DNA of 39,084 bases from a virus (Duplodnaviria; Caudoviricetes). Positions 1-7,063 of this stretch are shown here, piece by piece. Below the pieces are notes generated by a model. The model was not told the origin of the DNA. It worked only from the letters and a program-made list of their open reading frames with translations, and did no database searches. The position numbers and the translations under genes are program-made. The stretch covers positions 1-39,084 of the IMG/VR virus record IMGVR_UViG_3300012346_000133; one strand, given 5' to 3'. How positions within the stretch are numbered: the first letter of the stretch is position 1; each line of letters begins with the position of its first letter.

Positions 1-424
1 TGCAATAGCTGCAAGCAAACTGACAAGTACGATCAAAAGCAATCTCCAAAGTACGGAGATCCACGTCTGATTCAGCAGGTGTACTGTATGCGTCATTTAA
101 AGCCTTTATAGGATATATCTTTGATTTGTACACACGGTCTGACACAGCATCTTTGCCCATGTCTTCTATCTTCCAGCAGTACTCGCATCCTGCAGGACGT
201 TCGCCTGCTTGCATTAGTGCTCGGTCTGCTTTCTTTTGATCAGTATTGTGCAGCAGCTTAGGGTTAGTAAGGACTTTATCTCGGTCCACTAAATGAGCAG
301 GAGGATGATGGCAGGATGTTGTCATCCCGCTACCTAGCCAAATGGTAGCATTGTACCATTTTGCTGCACAAAAACTAGAGCTCAGTGGGTCTAGCACTGT
401 GCTTTTAAATTCTAAATCATTCAT
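1..424 (-). CDS. Radical SAM protein with N-terminal Twitch/SPASM-like Cys domain (partial; runs off the left window edge)
   Basis: Not in the ORF track. Manual translation from ATG at 424: MNDLEFKSTVLDPLSSSFCAAKWYNATIWLGSGMTTSCHHPPAH...GCEYCWKIED...FDRTCQFACSYC. The CxxxCxxC motif lies at the window edge. Clear paralog of 1486..2868. The start overlaps the stop of the upstream gene. Confidence 0.9.
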   Translation of the reverse strand, partial: MNDLEFKSTVLDPLSSSFCAAKWYNATIWLGSGMTTSCHHPPAHLVDRDKVLTNPKLLHNTDQKKADRALMQAGERPAGCEYCWKIEDMGKDAVSDRVYKSKIYPIKALNDAYSTPAESDVDLRTLEIAFDRTCQFACSYC

Positions 425-1496
425 TGAAATGCTTTGTTACAAAGTCTAAAAAGTTCTGGGGAAACTTGGAGTTAACAGTCCTGCTTAACTCCAACATGTG
501 TTGTTGATTGTATTTACATGTGGCTTCGGCAGCAGCTAGGAATTCGTCCAAATCGCTTCTACATAGATCTATTATAGCATGTTCTACACGGGCAAGTCTA
601 TCTGAATTATCAGTTATAGTGTCCCACTTTTCATCTACTAGATCGCCAAACGTTTTGAATCCCAGTGCGTGTAAGTCCTTGAGATATCCTGTATTAGCTA
701 CAGCAATAAATGGATGCCCCATAAAGATTGGTTTCCATATCTTTTCTGTTCTAAAACTGTGTGGGTAATCAAATACTGTTTCTGTTACTATGCTAAAGTA
801 AGTGTCTGTGTACTGTGCAGGATTAATATAGATATCGCCCCATTCAGTGCCAAACAACTGGTTCTTTACAAAGCCTGTGCCGGGTGTGTTCACCTGCGAA
901 CTAAAGCGTTCTACTTCGTACTCAGACGGTAGGTAGTGCAATGCTCCGTTGCCTGTGTCTAGGTTACTCCACAATGCATCCTTTAAAAGGTCTTGCTTGC
1001 TTAGTGTATCTATTAGACGTTTACGGTGCGATCTACAGCGTCCATTTAAAAATAAGAAACGAAATGGCTTGGGTTCTTTATTAAAGATTTTGCTAGTGTG
1101 CTGTTGTGCTTGTATATTTTCTGGGTACGCAAAGCATTTTGAAACAAAGTTCTCGTGTGCAAAGTGCCCAATTAACTCTGGCTCTATATCTCCGCCCCCA
1201 AGTACCAGTACTCGACCCTGTTTAACAAGCTCATCTATGCCATATGCACTTAGTTGCCAGCGAATTGTTTCGGATCCTTCGTGTGGATTAGAAAAGATCA
1301 CACGTATTAGATTCGATTCTGCAGCCGATTTAATTCGTGCATAGTGTGTGCGGAACTGCTGGCGCCCAATGATATAAATGGCACTGGATTCGAACTCATG
1401 TTTATCTAAATCCCAGAATATATCATCAGTGATATCTTTTAATTCACGGTATATTTCAGAGTGTGTGTCTACAATTAATCGCGAGTTACCTAGCAT
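417..1496 (-). CDS. Putative glycosyltransferase-like protein (GT-B type; GT10/exostosin-like C-terminus)
   Basis: Track ORF 417..1652. The likely true start is ATG 1496 (MLGNSRLIV), overlapping the upstream gene end. Motifs FLFLNGRxRxHR and YFSIVTETVF...RTEKIWKPI..GHPF...LGFKTF resemble the E-x-n-TEK donor-binding motif of GT10-like enzymes. Confidence 0.6.
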   Translation of the reverse strand: MLGNSRLIVDTHSEIYRELKDITDDIFWDLDKHEFESSAIYIIGRQQFRTHYARIKSAAESNLIRVIFSNPHEGSETIRWQLSAYGIDELVKQGRVLVLGGGDIEPELIGHFAHENFVSKCFAYPENIQAQQHTSKIFNKEPKPFRFLFLNGRCRSHRKRLIDTLSKQDLLKDALWSNLDTGNGALHYLPSEYEVERFSSQVNTPGTGFVKNQLFGTEWGDIYINPAQYTDTYFSIVTETVFDYPHSFRTEKIWKPIFMGHPFIAVANTGYLKDLHALGFKTFGDLVDEKWDTITDNSDRLARVEHAIIDLCRSDLDEFLAAAEATCKYNQQHMLELSRTVNSKFPQNFLDFVTKHFNE

Positions 1497-2868
1497 GGTA
1501 TTCGCACTCCTGCCACCACGAACGCATTTCCGGGAACGTTGCTGCAAAGTCTGTGCCACGGCGCTTATCGTGTTCTGAAAAGAAACGATAGAAGTCCCCT
1601 TTGGCTTGTGAATGATCTCGGTGTTGCGCTGCTCGCATCCAGGCAATATCACGTTCTAGTCTAGCAACTTCGTAGTCTTTAAACCCGTGTAAGGGATTGG
1701 CTTCTGTAGTCAAGTTAGCCAGCATGTAGTCACGTGCTGCTTCTAGCTGTTGTGCATAGCTTTCGGGCAGGATTTGCAAGCTCTGCCATGCAGGCTCACG
1801 CAGTACAGGAGTATCGAACCACACACGTTGATAAGTGCTTGAATGCACTTTACGCAGGTGCAAGATCCATTCCATGTAGTCTCTAAAGCCTGTAACGCTG
1901 AGATTGTTCATGGTAATAATAAACGTTAGACTGTTGCGGCTAGGTGCTTCTGTCAAGTAACGGTTTACATTGTGTACCACACGGTCAGCACTCATACCAT
2001 TTCTAATGTATTCAGCTTGCGGACCTTTGCCTGAATCCAAGCTAACGTACTGCATAAAGTGTTCTATATCAGTTTCACAAATACGCTTTACATAGCCTAG
2101 ATACTTTTCAAACAGTGTATCTTCCACTGAGAAGTTGCTGGTAACGTTTAGGTGTAGATCACTCTTGGGGTTCTCTAACACATAGTCAAACACTCTGTAT
2201 GTGTTCTTGTCTAGCAGCGGTTCCCCGCCTGTCATGCGGAAGTGCTTGAGTTCAGGGTATAGTGTAGGCCACCATGCCCAGAATGCTTCTACGTAGGGAT
2301 TATGTTCCCGGGCAGGAATGACACGGCGACTGCTAGTAAAATGCTCCATGCTGTTATGCGGAGTGGTTGTAGGATAAGCGCCCATTCTCTGGGCTTCATC
2401 TGCCCAAGAGCTACTAAATTGAGGACTACAATAACTACACTTAAGATTACAAGCGTTATTGAAATTAACTTCAACATAACTAGGAATAACATCATTTTCG
2501 GATCCTGTACTATTTTTTATTTTATCAAAGTCCACTGCTGCCCAGGGTTCACCTGAACGGTAGTGTCTATCACTCAGCTTGTTTTCAGCTTCCATGTTCC
2601 AGCAGTATGAGCATTCTGAAGGCTTTTCGTTCTGCAACATGATCACACGCTGTTGTTTCTTGTGCTCTGTGTTGTGTAATGCACCCGGGTCTAGTGCAAT
2701 AGCGGCGGGATCAATTGGGTGCAAGGGTGGGTGATAGCATGAGTTAGTTAGCCCTGTTTGCAAGTGCAAGCTAACCTGTTTCCATTTGGCCAAGCAAAGT
2801 GCAGGACCTAAATCCTGCTGCATTTGCTCTGCGGTGCGCATGAACTTGCTTTGATCACCGTTGCTCAT
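1486..2868 (-). CDS. Radical SAM protein with N-terminal Twitch/SPASM-like domain
   Basis: CNLKCSYC (CxxxCxxC), TGGEPLL, and VTSNF/YVSLD strands. N-terminal C-x18-C...CxxC. Start taken at ATG 2868 (TAATG overlap with the upstream stop). Confidence 0.92.
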   Translation of the reverse strand: MSNGDQSKFMRTAEQMQQDLGPALCLAKWKQVSLHLQTGLTNSCYHPPLHPIDPAAIALDPGALHNTEHKKQQRVIMLQNEKPSECSYCWNMEAENKLSDRHYRSGEPWAAVDFDKIKNSTGSENDVIPSYVEVNFNNACNLKCSYCSPQFSSSWADEAQRMGAYPTTTPHNSMEHFTSSRRVIPAREHNPYVEAFWAWWPTLYPELKHFRMTGGEPLLDKNTYRVFDYVLENPKSDLHLNVTSNFSVEDTLFEKYLGYVKRICETDIEHFMQYVSLDSGKGPQAEYIRNGMSADRVVHNVNRYLTEAPSRNSLTFIITMNNLSVTGFRDYMEWILHLRKVHSSTYQRVWFDTPVLREPAWQSLQILPESYAQQLEAARDYMLANLTTEANPLHGFKDYEVARLERDIAWMRAAQHRDHSQAKGDFYRFFSEHDKRRGTDFAATFPEMRSWWQECEYHAR

Positions 2869-3794
2869 TACCAACCTTCTTGCTTGCGTATAACATCAAT
2901 TTCTCGGACCATTATGCCTTGATTGTGCCAGTTGCTTAGATAGTGTTGCTTGAAGAACGCTGATTGTTCGTTTTCTAACGTAATCATTGGCAATGATAAC
3001 TGTGTGTGCAATTCTTCTGCAAGTCTATTAGCTACCAAACGAGGTTGTTGATCTTGTACTGTGAGCCATAACTCTGCTAGTGTGTCAAAGTTCTGCACTA
3101 GAGTATGGTCCCATTGTGTTAGCATGGTCATATAGGTGCCTTGACGTGCGCCAGCAATAGCCCATTCACCGTAGTCTACATCTGCGCCCACGTTGTGCCA
3201 TATAGTTAAATTGTCTAGATTCTTTGCATGCACACGACTCTGGAACTCAGGCACTGATGGTTTAGCGCCACGGTTAAGACACATCTTAACACCTTCACGG
3301 AACCCTGCTCTCCATGCTTGAAAAGCTGATCCGTTTGGATATGTTGTTGAGTAACAGTCGTGCATGGCCCAGTACAGCGGATCGAAGCAAAACTCTACTT
3401 GAGTCTCGGTTCTACCATCTGTGGCTTCGTGTGTTTGCATGTTGTTAACAAACTCTTTGGTCCACGAACTCAAGCCGCCATTACCGTACATTAATCCATT
3501 GATACTGTTACGTGCTCTCCAGCGGAACACAGCGTTCTTGTATTCTTCATTAGGAAGAACAAGCGTCTGATTAAAAAACGATGGATCGGGTAAGTTGTCG
3601 CCATCGATGAGAATAAATCTGGCCGTATCCGAGGCCTGTGCTGCTGCTTTGTGAGCAGCATCGCTGCCCTTAACGCCATCCACCCGTTTGGCCCAAGGCA
3701 CCATGTTCTTAATCTTAACCCAATGTTCTTCTTTGTTAGGTTCGTCATATGTTAAAAATATACAATCTAAGTCTGCAATGTCAATTTGATTCAC
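2868..3794 (-). CDS. Glycosyltransferase family 2-like (GT-A fold) protein
   Basis: N-terminal strand DCIFLTYDE, then GVKGSDAAHKAAA helix and FILIDGDN (DxD), later GNGGL and AWRAGFREGVKM. This is the GT-A layout. Confidence 0.75.
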   Translation of the reverse strand: MNQIDIADLDCIFLTYDEPNKEEHWVKIKNMVPWAKRVDGVKGSDAAHKAAAQASDTARFILIDGDNLPDPSFFNQTLVLPNEEYKNAVFRWRARNSINGLMYGNGGLSSWTKEFVNNMQTHEATDGRTETQVEFCFDPLYWAMHDCYSTTYPNGSAFQAWRAGFREGVKMCLNRGAKPSVPEFQSRVHAKNLDNLTIWHNVGADVDYGEWAIAGARQGTYMTMLTQWDHTLVQNFDTLAELWLTVQDQQPRLVANRLAEELHTQLSLPMITLENEQSAFFKQHYLSNWHNQGIMVREIDVIRKQEGW

Positions 3795-4119
3795 GGATTT
3801 GTTTACTCCATTTGGTATGTGGTTGTGTGTCTGGGACTACTACACAGATGTCTCTTGGGTCGCAGGGTGTGCCTGTATCGCCAGGTATGAGTTTTTGTGT
3901 TGGTACTGAAATAATATACTTGATCTTGCCGTCTACAATCTTTATGTTATGCGGCTGTAATGCAAACAACTCTGCATCAATCTCTATATAGTTATGAGGC
4001 AACTGCTCCATACTGTAACATACGAGACTTCCGTCATCACTGTAGTACAGTCTGTAAAATACAGGTGCCGGTTCAGGTACATCATGCAAGATACTCCAGA
4101 ACTCTTCAGGTGTCATCAT
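3781..4119 (-). CDS. Hypothetical protein (about 112 aa) within the glycosyltransferase operon
   Basis: Track ORF 3781..4149. Probable start ATG 4119 (MMTPEEF) behind AAGGG. Overlaps both neighbours. Confidence 0.7.
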   Translation of the reverse strand: MMTPEEFWSILHDVPEPAPVFYRLYYSDDGSLVCYSMEQLPHNYIEIDAELFALQPHNIKIVDGKIKYIISVPTQKLIPGDTGTPCDPRDICVVVPDTQPHTKWSKQIRESN

Positions 4120-4894
4120 ACTTACGCCCTTTAACATGGTAATGCACAAATCCCCATTGTGCTACTGTGTTGATTCGCCAGCCGGGATTGTTATCTTCCC
4201 ATACTAGCTCTTGTGTCCAGTCCTCGCCTTGTATAGGAACACACTTGCGTTTCATGTGTACAATCTGTGGACCAAAGCCTTTGGGCAGTGTTACTGTGTC
4301 TGGACCCAGAATCTGTGCAGCCATTGCATACACAAAGTCTGTGCTGGGCACTTCTTCGGGAAACTTAACCAGCTTTCGATACTCGCTCCAGTTTTCAAAT
4401 ATGTTTCGCACTAGATCAAAAAACTCTTTGGCAGCGGTGCTTAGTCGCCAGTATGTGATAGCGTTGTATACATCGGGCAAATGATTCTCATCAATAAACT
4501 TGCGATAGAATCTACTGGTAACAGGCTGATCGTAAAAGTCCCGAGCACCACAGCTTACAACAACATCACGCTTTTCCAGCATGGTCCACCAGTGATCCAC
4601 AGGGCTTGATACCAGCATGTCTGCTTCTAGCTTGATGGTTTGTCTAAACGGTGTTTGATCAAATACCAACCAGTCATTTGCATAAGGATTAGCAGTGTTG
4701 ATATCTTCTACTATGTGTGTGTATGCAAACAAGTTTGCGTCTGTGGCGTACTTGTCATTGGTAAGCAAACAGATACGGGCATCAGGGTGATGTAGCAACA
4801 TGGTCTTGGCTAGTGTTCTAGCACAGTCCACATAGTTGATTGATCCTGTATTAAATGCCGGGATAATATATCCCCGTTCTTCAAGCGGCTTCAA
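4106..4894 (-). CDS. GT8-like glycosyltransferase, paralog B
   Basis: GYIIPAFN...Y...A, TPFRQTIKLEADML (EAD at the DxD position), STDFVYAMA and C-terminal His motifs. Probable TTG start at 4894 overlapping the upstream gene; the track gives 4927. Confidence 0.7.
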   Translation of the reverse strand: MKPLEERGYIIPAFNTGSINYVDCARTLAKTMLLHHPDARICLLTNDKYATDANLFAYTHIVEDINTANPYANDWLVFDQTPFRQTIKLEADMLVSSPVDHWWTMLEKRDVVVSCGARDFYDQPVTSRFYRKFIDENHLPDVYNAITYWRLSTAAKEFFDLVRNIFENWSEYRKLVKFPEEVPSTDFVYAMAAQILGPDTVTLPKGFGPQIVHMKRKCVPIQGEDWTQELVWEDNNPGWRINTVAQWGFVHYHVKGRKYDDT

Positions 4895-5675
4895 TTGCTG
4901 CCTCCAGATGTTTCTTGCCCATGGCATGAAAGTCCACGCCTGCTATTGAGGTGTTTCGTAACTGTCCAGACGAATTGGTAAAGTTCACTACCCATTGATT
5001 GTGTTCAAAAGTTAACTGGTGCTCAGGCATTACACTGGGCAAGGACCAAGGAATAGAATCTACATTAAGCGTGTGCCCGTTTACCAAAGCAAGTGCAATA
5101 CTCAGCGCATAGTCGTTACGATACAAGCTGGGTCCAATGTTGTAGATGTTTCTGTAATGCTCCCAGTTTTGTTTGATCATGTTCATGGTATCAAAGATGT
5201 ATTGTGCAGTGTTGCTACGACGAAACATCATCACAGTTGCCCACCACATGGGAAACTTATTTGCGCCAAACGAGTTTAGTCCGTCAAAGTCGTTGTTGTT
5301 TGTGACATCAAATGCATCTTTGAAACACAAAAAGTCCTTGGAGCTGTTGAGTACTTGTGCAAGGATGTCGCTGCATACAACATAGTCTGCATCCAGTACT
5401 AGAGTCTGGTCCCAAGGCGAAAGAGCGTAGGCGTCAGTTCTGCCCGCGTTGTGCCAAGACACAGTCGTTTCATAATCCTCAAAGTAACGTGTTCCTCCGG
5501 TAGTAGGCTCAGCTGTAATAACTCTATCAAATTGTCCAGGTTCGGTGACAGCATTGGTAACAACGGCCACGGGAATGTTGAGAAACTTACGAATTCTTTT
5601 AGCACTCCATGCAGCCATTTTAACGTAGTCAGTATGCTCATTGTTGAATGCAAATATCAGTGCGCCGGTTGTCAT
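4881..5675 (-). CDS. GT8-like glycosyltransferase, paralog A
   Basis: GALIFAFN..DYVKMA, SPWDQTLVLDADYVV (DxD), RNDYALSIA, FHAMGK. Start ATG 5675 forms an ATGA overlap with the upstream stop. Confidence 0.78.
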   Translation of the reverse strand: MTTGALIFAFNNEHTDYVKMAAWSAKRIRKFLNIPVAVVTNAVTEPGQFDRVITAEPTTGGTRYFEDYETTVSWHNAGRTDAYALSPWDQTLVLDADYVVCSDILAQVLNSSKDFLCFKDAFDVTNNNDFDGLNSFGANKFPMWWATVMMFRRSNTAQYIFDTMNMIKQNWEHYRNIYNIGPSLYRNDYALSIALALVNGHTLNVDSIPWSLPSVMPEHQLTFEHNQWVVNFTNSSGQLRNTSIAGVDFHAMGKKHLEAAIEAA

Positions 5676-5980
5676 CTTTTGCGATTCAGTTGCTCGTACT
5701 CTACTAGCCATGCGTTTAGTTGTTCTTGCCATAATGCGTATGCCTTTGCAAATAGTTCAGGTGCTCGAACTTTGGTAGGAGTTTGGTACAAGTCTAGAAT
5801 GACCACGTCCTCAGTTGGGCTGCACTGTAGTAATACTGCCTGTAGTTCCGGGCCAGCTTGCCACATACCACCGGCATGTGCAAACAGCATTTTGGCTTGG
5901 TATTTTTCTTTGAGTGTGCGTCTAGCACTCTCGTGATCAAAACGTGATCGTGCGTGTGCAATAAGGTTATCAGTATCCAT
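5672..5980 (-). CDS. Hypothetical protein (102 aa), first gene of the modification operon
   Basis: Clean ORF, predicted mostly helical, coupled to the next gene by ATGA. No recognisable motif. Confidence 0.8.
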   Translation of the reverse strand: MDTDNLIAHARSRFDHESARRTLKEKYQAKMLFAHAGGMWQAGPELQAVLLQCSPTEDVVILDLYQTPTKVRAPELFAKAYALWQEQLNAWLVEYEQLNRKR

Positions 5981-5986
5981 GTGTAC

Positions 5987-6015
5987 ATTTTACAGGAAAA
6001 AAGGACAAAAGTAAA
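5987..6015 (-). promoter_or_regulatory. Putative sigma70-type promoter for the modification operon
   Basis: Minus strand TTTACT (6015-6010), 17 nt, TAAAAT (5992-5987), 6 nt, ATG 5980. No Shine-Dalgarno present. Confidence 0.55.
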
Positions 6016-6034
6016 GGGCTTTGCAGCCCTTTAC
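5997..6034 (-). terminator. Rho-independent terminator ending the structural operon
   Basis: Minus strand GTAAAGGGCT-GCAA-AGCCCTTTAC: a perfect 10-bp stem with a GNRA loop, followed by TTTTGTCCTTTTTT, about 20 nt after the stop at 6056. Confidence 0.88.
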
Positions 6035-6055
6035 AATTGAGTTTGGTTAACCTAG

Positions 6056-7051
6056 TTAGGCAACCGAAGCTGCAATAGTTGGGGTTCCCCAGCTTGCAGT
6101 TGTTAGATATGTTGTGCTTGGTAAAATCACGTTTACCAATGTAGTTGGCGCAGTTCCTGTAATTGATGTTGCAGGAGATGATGTAGCAGTACCACCAGAA
6201 ATGTTAGATGTTTTACCAGCACCCGAAGTACCGTCATCTACCCATGTAGTGACCAATGTTAACACAGTTGCACTAGTTGCTGTAGCAGTAGTACGAATGT
6301 ATTCAGGTGTGTATGGTGCTGTTGTGTTGTTTAACTGGAATACCGTAGTAGGCGATGTAGTTAAGTTATACCAACCTGTAGTTGTTGCTAGTGTAGTTTG
6401 TGTACCACCTGTACCACCAACACGAGTTGTTCCTGTATACGTAGTACCAGCAATCAATTGTGAGTTGGAGTTTACACGACCAGTAATGTTGATTGAACCT
6501 GTTTGGCCAGCTAGTGTGTTCCAATCTGGATCATGGTCAGTACCTGTTGATGTTTTACCGTACATTATTTTAACAATGCCGCCTGCGTTCCAGAAGTAAC
6601 GCATAGAAGCTGCGTCAGCAAAAGTAACTGTATGAGTAAATGTAATTGTCCAAGCAGTTGCGCCAGATCCAGTTGCTGCTGTTTTACTAGTTGTACCACT
6701 AAATGCACTAATTGTGCTTCCTACCGCAATGGCATTGCCGCGGTTGTTAGTGATGTTGTTAATGTCAGTAGCAACGTTGTTTAGAATACTAATAGTGTTG
6801 CCTGCAACAGGTGCTGTTCTAGATGTAATAGTTGTACCAGTTTGGCTTCCCATGGCACTTAATGTATTAACTAGACTAGCCCATTGCGTTGCTGTTACAG
6901 TACCGCCAACTGACACGTTCGAGAAGGTGGTTTGTCCCCATCCCAGGTCTGTGGATCCAACGTTCCACACGTTACCGATACAGTTACCTGCACCGTTTGC
7001 AAACCCGTTGTAGTCTGCTGCTTGGATTAATCCGCCTACTGAATATGTCAT
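6056..7051 (-). CDS. Putative virion structural/fibre-associated protein, strongly Thr/Gly/Ser-rich
   Basis: 331 aa with very few charged residues and beta-rich composition. N-terminal I.A.DYN and VTATQW..L segments resemble fibre-type proteins. Last gene of the structural operon; AGGA ribosome binding site. Confidence 0.7.
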   Translation of the reverse strand: MTYSVGGLIQAADYNGFANGAGNCIGNVWNVGSTDLGWGQTTFSNVSVGGTVTATQWASLVNTLSAMGSQTGTTITSRTAPVAGNTISILNNVATDINNITNNRGNAIAVGSTISAFSGTTSKTAATGSGATAWTITFTHTVTFADAASMRYFWNAGGIVKIMYGKTSTGTDHDPDWNTLAGQTGSINITGRVNSNSQLIAGTTYTGTTRVGGTGGTQTTLATTTGWYNLTTSPTTVFQLNNTTAPYTPEYIRTTATATSATVLTLVTTWVDDGTSGAGKTSNISGGTATSSPATSITGTAPTTLVNVILPSTTYLTTASWGTPTIAASVA

Positions 7052-7063
7052 TGCTCTGTCCTA

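Noticed and set aside
1497-1652. Extended N-termini given by the ORF track (also 4895-4927, 5676-5732, 35880-35900, 37783-37869)
   Set aside because: They run deep into upstream genes or over promoter boxes. Downstream starts give typical short coupled overlaps.
2289-2495. Hydrophobic 68-aa alternate-frame ORF resembling a membrane peptide or holin (similar case at 14800..15009)
   Set aside because: Fully nested out of frame within well-supported genes. The hydrophobicity is a by-product of the codon pattern.
3781-5980. The small ORFs as RiPP precursor peptides for the radical SAM enzymes
   Set aside because: At 102-112 aa they look like folded proteins, with no leader/core pattern or repeated Cys/aromatic motif. 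No RRE, peptidase or transporter is visible.
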